Shown here piece by piece: positions 11,901-24,550 of a DNA stretch of 64,000 bases (the first letter of the stretch is position 1; every line of letters begins with the position of its first letter). The position numbers and the translations under genes were made by a program. The DNA is from Vitrella brassicaformis CCMP3155 (taxonomy: Eukaryota > Protista > Chromerida): positions 1 through 64,000 of the forward strand of contig CDMY01000356.1 of the NCBI GenBank assembly GCA_001179505.1. The letters are read 5' to 3'. The notes under the pieces were generated by a model that did not search any database, was not told the origin of the DNA, and saw only the letters and a program-made list of their open reading frames with translations.

Positions 11901-12254
11901 GCCCCCCCCCCCCCCCCCCCCCCTCTCTCTCTCTCTCCTCCCCCCTCTGTCTACCTAGCTACCGAAATGCACACGGTCGTTCTCTAAACACTGGTTTCAA
12001 TTCAGTCACGGTAAAAATATTCATCCTCCGTCTGCAAGAGACACCACACACACCGCGCACACACAACAGGCGGGAAGTCATCAATTGACAAGCGGGGGCG
12101 CTCTCACTTACCACACATAACCCCTTGTCGCAAAGGCATTTGCCTCCGGAGTAAACACCGCACTGAGCTCCATACACCTTCTGAATTCCATCCTCCTTCC
12201 CCTGGTTCCCCTGGCAGACGCCGTTGTTGTACGCAATCGTGCACTCTGACACAC

Positions 12255-12291
<37 letters not shown>

Positions 12292-12344
12292 AACGAGCGC
12301 ATGAACGGAGTCCGCACATATCATGAGTTAGTTCGTTACGTACG

Positions 12345-12833
12345 CTAGCCGGTGCGCCCCTTGGCGATCGATCGCATCAGTCGGTGGGCGCTGTTGATGC
12401 TGTCGAGGGCGGTCTGGGCCATCTTGTTGGCCGCCACCATCATGGTTTTGGCCTGCTGCACCTGCTGCTGCGCAAACGACAACGCACCTGCACAGACACA
12501 ACACACACACACACACACGCCATGGGCACAGATCCATCCATAGATGCATTCCATCCCTTACCTGTGTTGCTATGGGTGCCCAGGTGGGAGATCTCGCCAG
12601 TACGGCCGACAAACGACGCACCTGCACACAGCGGACGGGTAGGTCAGCCACATGTGAGCCAGGAGTGATGTGTGTGCAATAGATCTCGCCCTGGGATCTC
12701 GCTCGGGCAGGTGCATTCGCCCACCATAAAGGTCGGTATTGCAGTCGTTGCCAACGCAGTTGCCCTTGCCAGAATCCACCGCCACAGCCGACACGGTCGC
12801 CAACGCAATGAGGACCGCATACTTGCTCGCCAT
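12345..12833 (-). CDS. Small secreted protein (about 103 aa to the first stop); the frame may extend to 12002 (see findings)
   Basis: Signal peptide MASKYAVLIALATVSAVA. Exons are 12833-12725, 12621-12562 and 12487-12345/12344, with phase-1 GT-AG introns. The last exon encodes a helical segment AQQQVQQAKTMMVAANKMAQTALDSINSAHRLMRSIAKGRTG, then TAG. Confidence 0.7.
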
Positions 12834-13287
12834 GACCGTCATCGCTGCCAACAAACGACTGCGTATCGCTATCTCGGATGCGCAAACTGGGCAGACAACT
12901 AAGGATCTCTGAGTGGACGCAGAGAAAGCGAGAGATTTGGGAGGGAACTCGGTGTTTTTTCGGTAACCACGAAGTTTACGAAGAGGAGGCGGCTTTTGTT
13001 TGCGCTTGGTGGTTGTATGTGCTTCGTTCGTAGTCTTCCTTGACCTGCCTACCTGCTCTGTCTGCAACAAGTCAGTCAACAATCGTCGCGTGCAGTGTCG
13101 GTGTCGCTTTAGTGATGGGTTGGAGGGGAGGTGTGTGAATTGGTGTGTGCGTGGGACGGACGGTATGTACATATGAATCAACACAGTGAGGTGAAGCGTT
13201 TCGACACCCATCGACTGTGCGGGCAGCAAGCAGAGGCACCTTGCTTGTCGAAGCTTTCATCAGACATTCACTGTCTGGTCAGAGTAA

Positions 13288-13324
13288 CTGTAACAGATCG
13301 TTGAACCAGCCACCCATCCACCCA
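13288..13324 (+). repeat. Dispersed 37-bp direct repeat, copy 2
   Basis: ctgtaacagatcgttgaaccagccacccatccaccca; both copies are followed shortly by tttcaccatcca. Confidence 0.85.
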
Positions 13325-13823
13325 CCGGTCAGGCAGGCCTGTCCGTTTCACCATCCATCCATCCAGCGCACACTATGCTCCCTGCGTCCCTCTGCATAGC
13401 TACTACAGCCATCACTCACTCTCTCGGCGCATAAAGCGCCTCACCGGCCCGACCTACCCAGGCAGCTAAGCTACGGTACCTGCACACGCCCATATATAGC
13501 ACCAGAGAGACACATGGTCGGGAGAGCACCAAGGCACAAAAAACAGACATGTCTGTATGGTATGCAATCAATATACAATTGTATGTACACCCACAGATAC
13601 CCCACACCTACCGACATTTATTCGCACATGAAAACACGAGCACACACGTGCACACGGGGATGGATGGATCGATGGATGGATGGATGGAAATGCCCAAAAT
13701 CCGACGAGACGCGGATGCTGTCGTTCGGCGGGTACTGTACTTACCTCCAAAACCGCCTGTGTGGCTAGCATTGACACAGAAGACACAAGATCGATCCCCC
13801 CCGCCCCCTCGCCCTCGTCCACA

Positions 13824-16513
13824 TCACACCGCCCGCAGTAGTGCAGTCACAGTGACAATGAGGCCACCCCATATCAAGGCCGCATCACGCAAACACTTCT
13901 GGCCACCAGGGCATGCACCGCTCGTTGCAAGAGCGCTGACGACCTCATCGCCATGACCATTCTCCACGTCCACCCCTTTCCCGGCCTCAGTCTCACTGAC
14001 ACCCACCCCATCGGCCTCATCAGCGGCAAACAACTCAGGCAGCCGCCCACACATGTCAAACTCCTTTGGCGGCGGCTGCACCAGCTCCGGCTGGACAGAA
14101 AAGGTGAAGCCCATGCCCATCGCGAGGTGCCAGTCGATGTGGCAGTGGAAGAGCCACATGCCGGGGTTGTCGAACTTCATCCTCACCACCACCCACCCCT
14201 CGACGTCCTGCGGCTCGCCCTCGACCACACGGGCGGGCAGCAGGGTGGCGGTGTCCCGCTTGATGGGGTTGACGGTGTTGAGGTTCGTCTCGTCTTTGGC
14301 TGCGTCGTAGGAGCCATAGCCGTGGCCGAGCACCCAGAAGTCGTAACCGTGGCTGTGCCTGCATCCATCCATCCATCCATCCGTCCATGCGTGTGGCGTG
14401 CCTACCATGGGTGCTGCTCAGAGATGCCGTTAATCGCGTAGGAGTTCTGCACAAGCAGCACAGCACAGCACCCTCAGCTTAGTCACGCCGGTATGTGCGT
14501 ACGTCAGTCCTCGTGTGTGAGTGAGTAGCTGCATACGTGTATGGCGAGATCGATGACTTCCCCCAGCTTGACGTCCACAATGTTGCTCATCCGGCGATCC
14601 TCCTCCGTCAGCGCATCCGCCTTCGACAGCCACAGCAGCTGCACACACACACACGCACACGCAGCACACAACACACACAGAGGATACGTGCTGCTGTGTG
14701 CGTGTGTGTGGTGCTCATGGATACCGCACGCACCGGTGCGTCAGGCAGTTTCAGCATGTCCCCGTTGATCTTCCACACCACGTGGTCGTTCTCCTTCCAG
14801 TGCGTGCCGTTGACATAGATCAGTCGGTCGGCGGGGGGCGGCGCCTCCGTGTGGTTGGCAAGACCAACCTGCACACATTCCAGCCGCCAGCCCAGATGAA
14901 TGTATATCAGTGGACTCCCTCTCTCTCTCTCTCTCCTCCGCTAACGCACCACTTCGTCTCTGTTGTCCATCGACCACCGCTCGTTGACGTGCTGGTCGAT
15001 CTCCGGCAGCACGCCCTTGACCACAAACCCCTCCGTCAGGTTGGAGCTGTTGGTCGCCGTCCAGTGGCTCGACGGTGGGTCCTCGACCGGTGCGCCCTTG
15101 TAGCGCACAATGAAGTGGCCCCAGAGGTCGGCATTTCTGTGGCGGATCTCCAGCCGGCCCCAGTAGCTGCCGATGGGCTGGTCAGCCTTGAGCAGCACCG
15201 AATACCTGCAGCCAGGCCAGGCAAAGAGGTGTGACTGACTGGATGCACACGGAGGGGGGCGACGGGTATACCCTTACCTTGCGGCAACGTTGATTTCGAG
15301 AGCGTTGACTGTTTTGGGCTGTGTGTAGTGTCCCTCGGCCTCCACAATGGTGAGGGGGTGATCGTCGATGCCCATCGATAGCATCATCAACGGACCTGCA
15401 CCAACAACAAACAGGTCACCACACCCCACCCACCGACCCACCCTCCCTCCCGTGTCGTGTAAGCTGTCGGCTGACCGAAGTTGGCCACTCGCAGCCTGTA
15501 TGTCTTGCCCTGCTCCACTTCAATCACCTCATAGGGACACGCCTCGCACACCGACACGTCCAGGTCCGTCACAGTCGCATTCTGACCGATCAAACGAGGG
15601 ACCACACAGGGTGGATGGATGTGTACGTCTCTCTGCTCTTGGCTCCCTCTCTGACTGACTGACCTCCATGCAGAAGTCCTTTGACTTGCCGTTGACGAGA
15701 ATGCTCTCAGCGTTGCCGGCCCACTGGAAGGGCGCAGACATCAGGCCATGCACCAGCTCCTGATAGCCCTTGTGATACCTGTAAAACCCCACCACTGACT
15801 AAGAGAGAGAGCCTCGCACGGCAGAATTCCTGTCTTGGCACGCACCACTCATGCAAGACGAGAGGCATCTCCTCGTCGTAAGCAAACGGCTCCTGCTCGC
15901 CATCAGGAGCCTCGATGATGAACAGCCCCGCGGCGCCCATGCTCTTCTGTCCGACGGTGTGTGAGTGCCACCAGTGTGTCCCGGGCTCGTCGTTGGCGTG
16001 GAATCGGTATGTGAAGGTGTCCATGGGGGCGATGGGGCACTGCGTGACGTACGGGGTGCCGTCCATCCAGGGGCTGCCGCGCTGGAACTGACCGTGCCAG
16101 TGAATCGACGTCGACTCTGAGCACACGGACGGAGGGAAAGACAAACCAATGGCGTGTGTGGGTGAGGCGCGGCGCGGCGTGTAGTGTGGGCACCCGCAGG
16201 CATGTTGTTCTTGACGTGCACAACGACTTCCTCGCCAGGCTTGACACGGATCTCGGGACCGGGGTTCATACCTGAAGTGCAGGGCAGCAGACATCACACG
16301 CGCAACATTGCAATGCAACACAGAGGGCGTCACTGACTGGACGGACCCGTGGGCGGCCGGTGCTCACTCACCGTTGACAAGAATCGAGAACCGCTCGTGG
16401 CAGTCCCCGCTGAAGTAGCCGTATGACACATCGAAATGGTACTCCTTCAGGCACATCCCCGGCACAGCCAACACGGCAGCAGCCACCGCAACGGACACCA
16501 GCACACGCAGCAT
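13824..16513 (-). CDS. Multicopper oxidase (laccase/ascorbate oxidase-like), secreted, with C-terminal membrane anchor
   Basis: Signal MLRVLVSVAVAAAVLAVPG. All four Cu motifs are present: IHWHG, WWHSH, HPWHSHG (across an intron) and HCHIDWHLAMGM. The C-terminus is hydrophobic (ALIWGGLIVTVTALLRAV). Confidence 0.95.
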
Positions 16514-16799
16514 CTCCACTCACTCAGACAACACCGGAACCTCACAGAAGGTGGCCGCAGCGCACTAAGCTTCACAGAAACATATCTTCCGACGGCCGCC
16601 TCCTCCAATGTCCACAGAAGACAGCTCTCTCCCGCATCTATAATTTCCGCAGCACCATCTCTCCGCTGCGCTAGGCGCCTGAAGCAGCAGGGCTCCTTAA
16701 TTCCGCGCAGCACAACGCCGTCCGGCACCTGCCTCTTCTGGTTCAAAGCTGAGCTTGCAGACCTGCCCCTTGTAAACTGATCTGAAAAGGGCCTGAGAA

Positions 16800-19700
16800 A
16801 TGTTGGCTGCTGGCTGTTTTGTGGTGCTGGCAGCGCTCCTTTTGCATCGTGGCACGTGTGCAACGATACGTATGGGCGAAATTACACAATAATACGCGAT
16901 GTCTTGGGGATCTCTGTGTTTCTGTGGGTGTCTGGGTGGCTGTGTGATGCAGGCGCCCGGCTGAGTGTGCGTCAGCGCCGTGCAGTCAGCATGCCGGTGG
17001 CCGAGGCCATGATGCACGTCCAACACATCCTCCCCACAGACGTGCAGCAGCTGTTCCTACACGACAACCGCAAGTTGAACCACCATGGTGAGAGGACCCT
17101 GGCTGTGATTGACCAGATGAACGGCTTGGCACGGAATATCCAGGAAGAACTCGATGCGACAAAGCTGCAGTGCGATCAGTCACTGCTGGTGCTGGACGAT
17201 GCTGTGCGTCAGCTCGGTGAGGACCAGGGTCGGCTGGAGACCGACCTGGGCTACGAACAGAGCGGCCTCACCGAGTGGGAGTCGCGGAAAGACAGCGCCG
17301 CAACGGTGTTGTCAAAGACCTTGGTATGTAGGTCGATGTGTGGGCAAGCGGGTGGGTGCACATGTGCACACAGGCGAGCATGATCCATCCATCACGCCTT
17401 GTGGATGTCTTCTGCTTCCGCACTCAGAGTCAGTTGGATGAGCACAATGCCTTCTGCCAGCATGAGGCCAGCGGCATCCGCGCCAAGCTCGCCAGTGCAA
17501 ACAGCGATTTTCGTGTCAGCCAAAGCGTCATCGGCCACACCAACTGCAGACATAACAACAGCGGCAATAATAATACAGCCACAGCCAATGCTGTCCTGCT
17601 CGAAGCTTACATGGACAGCTGCCTCAGTGGAACACACAACCAGCCGTCCCACCATGTGCTATCTGGTCTATCTGAGGGCCGGGAACGGCAGCTGTGGACT
17701 TCACTGATGCAAGCCGCCGCACACAGGCCTCGTGGTGAGGCCACCACGCCGATGCGCGATGAGAGCATCCCGACCAGCAAGTGCAGCGTGGGCGGGTCTG
17801 CGCTGTGTCCCGTGCTGTTGAACTCTTTTGCCGTCCTCATCGGCGAGACATACAGGGACATCAGACGGCTGAATAGGCACGCACACAAGAAAAAAGATAG
17901 GGAGGGAGGGAGGGAGGGCTGTATACAAAGAGCACCCGTCATCTCTCTCTCGCTGCGTGTGGCTGCCCTTGTGCGTCGCGCTCAGGCGTCTGGAGCAGTT
18001 GTCGTCAGAGTGTGACTCTGGCCGTCAGCGGTTCAATCAAAACATAGCGGGGCTGCAGCGCGCCATCGACACGGCCAACGCACAAGTCGCATCTCACGAT
18101 GCACGCATAGAACGGCTTAGGACTGACCTGCGGCTGGCAAGACGGTAACCATAGATAGAATGAACGACGCATCTACATCTACACATACACACACTCATTG
18201 TTGTAGTACGGCCACACAGAAGGCGGCGGAGCGTGCAGAGAAGGCCGAGGAGTGCCGGGAGGCGCAAGAGAAAGGTGTCTATCTACTCAGAGAGGGGAAG
18301 GTGCTAATATTCCTGCGTATGTGTCTCTTCTCTCCACCTCTTTGTTTCTCTCCTGGTGAGTGCAGCCGAGACGAGCATGTGTGGCATGATCAAGATCCGA
18401 GGCGAGATAGCAATCATGGCCAACACTACCGAACTCATTCAAGTGACTGACTCAATCGGATCCATGACATACATGGCATCTCTATGTTGGCCTCTGTGAC
18501 TCTGTCTGTCTGTCTATATTCATCTTGTGGGCTGGGCTGCATCGTATCAATCAATCAGGATTGTGAGGTCAGCAATTGGCAGTACGGTGAGTGTAGTGCA
18601 TCGTGCGGCGACCACGGGGGCCTCCAGAACATCACACGCAGTGTCGTGTCTGAGGCGACACCAAAACTCGGCACGCCCTGCCCCCCACTTAATGCTGTCA
18701 TGGTGTCGTAACTTGCGACACACGTATGTATGCGTAGGGCGCATTTTGTCTTGATGTCTCCGTGTGTTTGTCAGGTGTGCAGCCGTCGTCCATGTCCCGT
18801 CGACTGCCAAATGGATGGATGGTCGGAGTGGACACGATGTTCTGCTGACTGCGGATACGGCACCAAATACTCGTATACTCACGCACGCACGCACACACAC
18901 GACGTTGTCCCACAGACATGTAAATGACGCTGGCTGTCTGTGTCAGGTACCGGAACGTGTTGGTTGAGGCGCGTCATGGCGGCGCGGCGTGTGGAGCCCG
19001 CCAGCAGAGCACAGTGTGTGAGCGGCAGCCATGAGACACGGACTGCACCCTCACACAGTGGACAGAATACGGTCCATGCGACAGGGTGAGTGGGCTGAAT
19101 GAATGAATGAGTACTTAGCCATGATGGATGATACACATGTGCGAATGGATGCACATCACATCACATGCATACGATACGATACGTATAGGCGTGTGGTGGT
19201 GGCGTCCGATCACGTCGGCGGGATGTGTTGGTTGAGGCCAAGGGCCGAGGCACATGCCCTGGCAAAGACAGCACTCACAGGTAAGTAGGTGTGCGCAGAG
19301 ACACAATCGATTGATGGAGAGAGACCACCCAGCATGCGTGTACTTACGTGTTGGCTGACTGCGACAGGTATGAGGAGATCCCCTGCAACGCACACCCGTG
19401 TCCGCCGCACCCCGTGTGCCAGTCGAAGGCGGACATCGTCCTGGTCCTCGATGGATCGGGGTGACAAACTAGCCTCGCACACACACACACAGACACACAC
19501 ACACGCGGAATGAACATCATTCTATGTCTTTTTCTCCCAGGACGGTGCTGCTAGAGCATTTCGACAGCATCAAGGACTTGGCCAAGTCACTCGTCCGCCA
19601 GACCGCACTCAATGCCACAGCAGGCCACGCACAGGTGGGTGTGGTGGTGTTCTCCCACGAGGCAACCGTCGCCAGCCGCCTTACGGACGACCGAACCAGT

Positions 19701-20377
19701 CTCATCGGAGCCATCGACCACACCCAATGGGCGGGCAGGGAGGCAGCCACAGCCGATGCGCTGATCAAGGCAGAACAAGTGCTGCAAAACGGCGTGAGTG
19801 AGCCAAGAGAATTAGGAGAGAGCACGATTGTTCATCTGAGACACACGAGTATCACGTAGGGGAGAGAAGACGCTTCTTGGCTGGTGGTGCTGCTGACGGA
19901 CGGGCTCCCCAGCGGCCGCATTCCCGAAACACCTGCTGAGAGCGGTGCTGCTGATGGGGCGGGTGCGAGTGGGTATATGCAGCTGTACCAGATGGATGGC
20001 GTCGCAGAGAGACTCAGGTGGATGGATGGGCGAATGAAATGAATGAAGGGATGGACGGACACAGAGAGAGTGTGTGTGTGAATGCAGGCGGAGCGCGTTG
20101 GTGAAGACCGTGTACATCGGGACAGATGCGGATGTGGCGGACGAATATCGCCGGTGGTCCCACGCACTCATCAATGTGCAGACGTTCGAACACCTCATAC
20201 AGCCACAGGTAAGTACGGGCGCAGCAGATCCATCAAAACACCCTCCGATGCTTGTCAATCTGTTTGTCTGTCTGTCTGTCTGATCCGTGTGTTGTGCATG
20301 CATTTGGTTTGTGTGTTGGTGTGTGTATGTAGCTGGTTGACAGCCTGATAGTCTCCTTTTGTCCCGAGATAGCATAG
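16800..20377 (+). CDS. Secreted coiled-coil + thrombospondin type-1 repeats + C-terminal von Willebrand A domain protein
   Basis: Signal MLAAGCFVVLAALLL and a long heptad region. TSP1 repeats: DCEVSNWQYGECSASCG, DCQMDGWSEWTRCSADCG, DCTLTQWTEYGPCDRACGGG. The vWA domain starts ADIVLVLDGSG, includes VGVVVFS and LVVLLTDG, and ends LVDSLIVSFCPEIA*. Confidence 0.88.
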
Positions 20378-21769
20378 CAGCTGGATCGACTCACAGTGCG
20401 TGAGGTGGACTGGATGGACAGATGACAGACTAAATAAAGCATTCACTCATTCATTCACATGATTGACTGACGCATGTCGTTCGGTCAATATGTCCATCCA
20501 TGTCAATCAATTTAGCTAGCCAACACTCGGACTGTACACACGCGCGCACACGGTGGATCCACCCACCCCCCCCACCCGCCATCTGGTCGACCATGTATCT
20601 ATCGCTATCCACAAAAGGCCACAGACCGAGAGAGAGGAGACGGACAACACACCGCCCGGGCACTTTTGGTGGATTGGTCACTCTCTCACTCTCTCAGCAA
20701 ATGGCCAGCCAAGTGGCTCAGTACGAACACAGACAGGTATGTATGTATATTTATGTACGGCTTTCACACGTGCAGTCACGCAATACGGATCGGATGTGTG
20801 TGTATTTGCCCATCCCCCCCCCCCCACCCACACACCCACACACCGACCGACCGACCAAGACTCAACCATCAATCAATCAATCCCCTGTACACACATACAT
20901 GTAATTAAGTATCCGCCCCTACCCCGCCCTCCCGCAGCTGGAGCTCACTTCATTGCTCAGACCTCCGTATCATATCCCCATCCCGCCCCCTCCTCCCCAG
21001 CTGAAGTATTACACTACCATACGGCGCGCATTGCAAGCTGTGGCGGCCTTTCTGCTGCTGTGCTACTGGGGTGGGGTGGGCGACAAGCATGCATTGATTC
21101 GGCCGCCCGCCCGCCAGTAGGCGCGTCGCCATCGGCCGGCCGCTGCACACACAGACACCATTCATACCAAGAGGAACTTTGGTAAAACCACGACCACCCA
21201 CCCCATCCCAGCCAGCATTGAGTGGCGTATGGCTAGGCACTCAATGATAACCGACCGACCCACACAAAGAGGGAGGGGAGGGGAGTGGAGGAGGAAAGCG
21301 AGAGAAGGCGGCAGTACATAAGGCAAGGCAGCAGAGTCATATATAGGATCGGTGAGACTCACCCCTCTCCCTCCCTCCCCCTCAACAAACAGATAAATCT
21401 AGCTATCTATGTAGCTAGATCTCTCTCTATCTCTGCCCAATATGCATGCATACACACCGGGAGAGCTGCGCTGACCGTGGGTGGAATCTCTCTCTCACCC
21501 GTCGGGCCCGACGGACGGGTGAGGAAGGAATCACTCCCTCCATCAGCACAAATCTGATAGTGTGCATCCATCCCATCCAGACAGACAGGCAATCCGTTGG
21601 TTGCTATGCTATGTGCGTTAGTTATGTATATATAGTAAGTGAGCGGAGCGCCTCCACTCCAACCCTCTGCTCTTCCCTCCCTCCCTCCTCTGCTGGATAG
21701 GATGCCCCGCTGGCATCTGCATGGTATGTACAACGATCGGCCTCGATCGGTCGATGGCTACAGCTACCG

Positions 21770-23590
21770 CTACGACTCCGGCTTGGCACTGTCGCCGTCA
21801 CCGGTGTGTCTTCGCGCCTCCTGGCTCATCACCTGACATAAACACACAGCCAGCCCATCAATCACAGAGAGAGGTGCTGTTTGTTTGTGTTGCCTGTTGC
21901 CGGCCAGCGGACGGTGCCGAGGTCGGTATGTGATGTGCTAATCAATGTACCTACCTTCTTCATCCACTCGTCGTCCATCCTGTAGAAGAGGATGCATATC
22001 TTCTGCGGCAGCCATGCGAAGGCAAACTTGTTCTCAGCTACACACACACACAGGGAACACGATTGACACATCCAATCCACCACCAAGCCCCTCCCACCCC
22101 ACCTCCCAGCCAGCGCGCCTACTCACTCACTCAGCAAAATCAGCTGCCCCGGCACGGCATGCCCATGCGGACTATCGGGGTCGGCGCCATACAAAGCAGT
22201 GCCCTCCTGCCCACCACCACCACCAGCACCACCACTATGAGCACCGACAGCCGATGCAGATGCAGGAGGGGGTGGCTGGGTGTGGGATGGTGAAAGCGGT
22301 GGTGCCGATGGTGTGGCTGCTGTGTCGTCGAATGCTGCGGGGTCGATGGTAGGGTTGGTGGCGGTGGAATCGTCGATGTCTGATGATGCTGTGGGTGGTG
22401 GGGTGATGTCGGGTTTGGGGGGCACCACGCGGCGGCCCATGTGGCCCTCGCCCTCGAACACATACACCCAAAGGTCCTGATCGAGTGTGTCCATCCATCC
22501 ATCCATCCATCCATCCATCCATCGCGGCAGGAAAAGGATGTCACGCGGTAGCTATTAGTGTGGGATGTTGCATTCATTGATTCACCCAGGTACCCACCCA
22601 CCTGTTTTTCGTTTGATGGCCCGGTAGAGTTAGATCTGTAGAGGGTGACGAGAGTCGATGTGGTGGTGTCGGGACTCAAATTGGCCCTGCAGACAGACAG
22701 ACACCACACAGACAGACAACCCATCTCATCTGTGTGGCCACTTAATTGTGTTTGTTTGTGTGCGTACCGGAATGTGACTCTCGAGTCGTGTTGTCCCTCT
22801 GCTGCATGTGTGTGTAGATCCACATCGCCATCTCCATGCTCGGCACCATGCAGCTGCAGCTTGCGGGCCTACATGCACATACACACACACAGAGACAGAG
22901 ACACACATGGGATGGGCAGGCATGACCCGACCCGGCTACATCATGTGTGTCTGCGTGTCGTGTGTGCCCACCACGAGCCATTCGCCCTCGTAGTCGACGG
23001 TCTGCACACATACACACACGCACACACCAAGCATGCCCCCCCTGTCGGCATGGAGCTGGCTCCCCAAGACACCCCAAGCGTAGCGTACCACCATCTGCAG
23101 CCGATCGGGGTTGCCATACTCGCCAACCCAGACGCCCTTGAGGTTGAATTGTGGCAGGTAGGACCTCAGGCCGGAGAGCAGGTCACGCCAGCGGATGGCG
23201 CCCTCGAAATTGCGCTGACCGACTGCCTCGTCCATCTTGTCACTGGGGGCATTCATTCACGGGGGGCACACACCACACAACACCAAGACAGAAAGCGATG
23301 CGATAGGCTTCTGAGTATATGCTGCAGTCAGACGGACCTCATGGCCTTGAGGTAGCTGATGGGGTCTCGGAGCTTGAGACCCCGGATGGTGTCACGGAGG
23401 TTGGCCGCCTTCTCGTACTCCTGTGGGTCAAGGGGGATGGATGAGATGAGATGTGCTCGCAAGGCGCCCGCCTGGCCTGGCTATAGATTCACCTTGCTTA
23501 CCTTGTTTTCGGCGGCTTCCTTGATGCTGATCTCCAGTGTCCTCAGCTGAGAACACAATCTCGCCTGCTCCGTCACATTGCCAAACAACT

Positions 23591-23621
<31 letters not shown>

Positions 23622-24315
23622 CACACAGACATCCAAGGGCATCCCTCCCTCCCTCCCCTCCCTGCCCACTCTGCTCACACACATACATATGGGTTGAAGA
23701 CCGATGGGAACTGCTCCCACGATATGAAGGGCGAATTCGACGCCCCGTCGCCGATCAGACCCAGCGGCGATACCGGCAGCTTATCCTTCGACCGCTGCGG
23801 GCGCGACGGACTCGTCTGCCCGTCCTCACCGTGACGGTGGCCCGGCAGCAGACCGACCCGAGTGCGCGAGGACAGCCGGGGGTGGCCCGTCGTCGGAGGT
23901 GCGAAGGCGACACCATCGTGTGTTGCTGCCGAACTGATGAGGCGTGAGAGGGGGGTGTTGCGGGGTGAGGTGTGTGGTGCGTCGTCTGCGGCATGTGGCC
24001 GTTTTCTGAGGCCCTCTGGCGGCCCGGCATCAGCACCTGCATACATACATAATGTACACAACACACGGGCAATGCAATGTAATGCAATGTGTGTGTGGAG
24101 CTGCAATCAAAGTGCATGATCTGTATCCCACCTTGTGCAGCATCCCGCGCCCTCGTGACGGCAGTCCTCCCTGACCTATAGGGGTGCCTCATATGGCCAG
24201 CCGACATGTGCATGTCCGTCAGCTGGCCACAGGGCACACCGGTGCCAGTTGAGCCGATGAAAAGACAGGCAAGGAGGATGCCGACGAGGCAGATCTGCGC
24301 AGGCCTCGCTGGCAT
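21770..24315 (-). CDS. Signal-peptide-bearing protein with two UVR motifs and a DUF3506/cyclin-D1-binding-like domain (EXECUTER-like architecture)
   Basis: Leader MPARPAQICLVGILLACLFIGSTGTG. UVR-like segments QLRTLEISIKEAAENKEYEKAANLRDTIR and KMDEAVGQRNFEGAIRWRDLL, then LKGVWVGEYG, VFEGEGHMG and FAFAWLPQKICILFYR. The 3' exon boundaries are uncertain. Confidence 0.65.
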
Positions 24316-24499
24316 CTTCGGAAAGTCAGTCCACTACCCCGTGGCGTCAGTCAAGGCGCTGGGAGGGTCCAGATGGAAAGAGGCAGATCAAGTGCAGCAG
24401 ATAGATAAGATGAGCAGCGTGAATGGATAGGCGATGGGGCAGGAGGGCAACAAGCTAGGGAGGCCTCCAAAAGGGGGACAAGAGGGGGGCGAAGGTGCC

Positions 24500-24508
24500 A
24501 AGCTCGCA
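24500..24508 (-). promoter_or_regulatory. Candidate promoter motif TGCGAGCTT between the UVR protein and PP2C
   Basis: aagctcgca on the plus strand. Confidence 0.5.
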
Positions 24509-24550
24509 CTCGGCGAAGGGGGAAAAATCGAATAGAGCGTTACGTTGCGA

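Noticed and set aside
13824-16513. Metabolic cluster of multicopper oxidase with sulfatase and sugar transporter
   Set aside because: There is no biosynthetic core gene or iron permease partner, and the neighbours are functionally unrelated, as elsewhere in the window.
20400-21700. Hidden gene between the vWA and UVR genes
   Set aside because: The region is dominated by simple repeats and has no phase-consistent exon set; it is more likely 3' UTR or intergenic.
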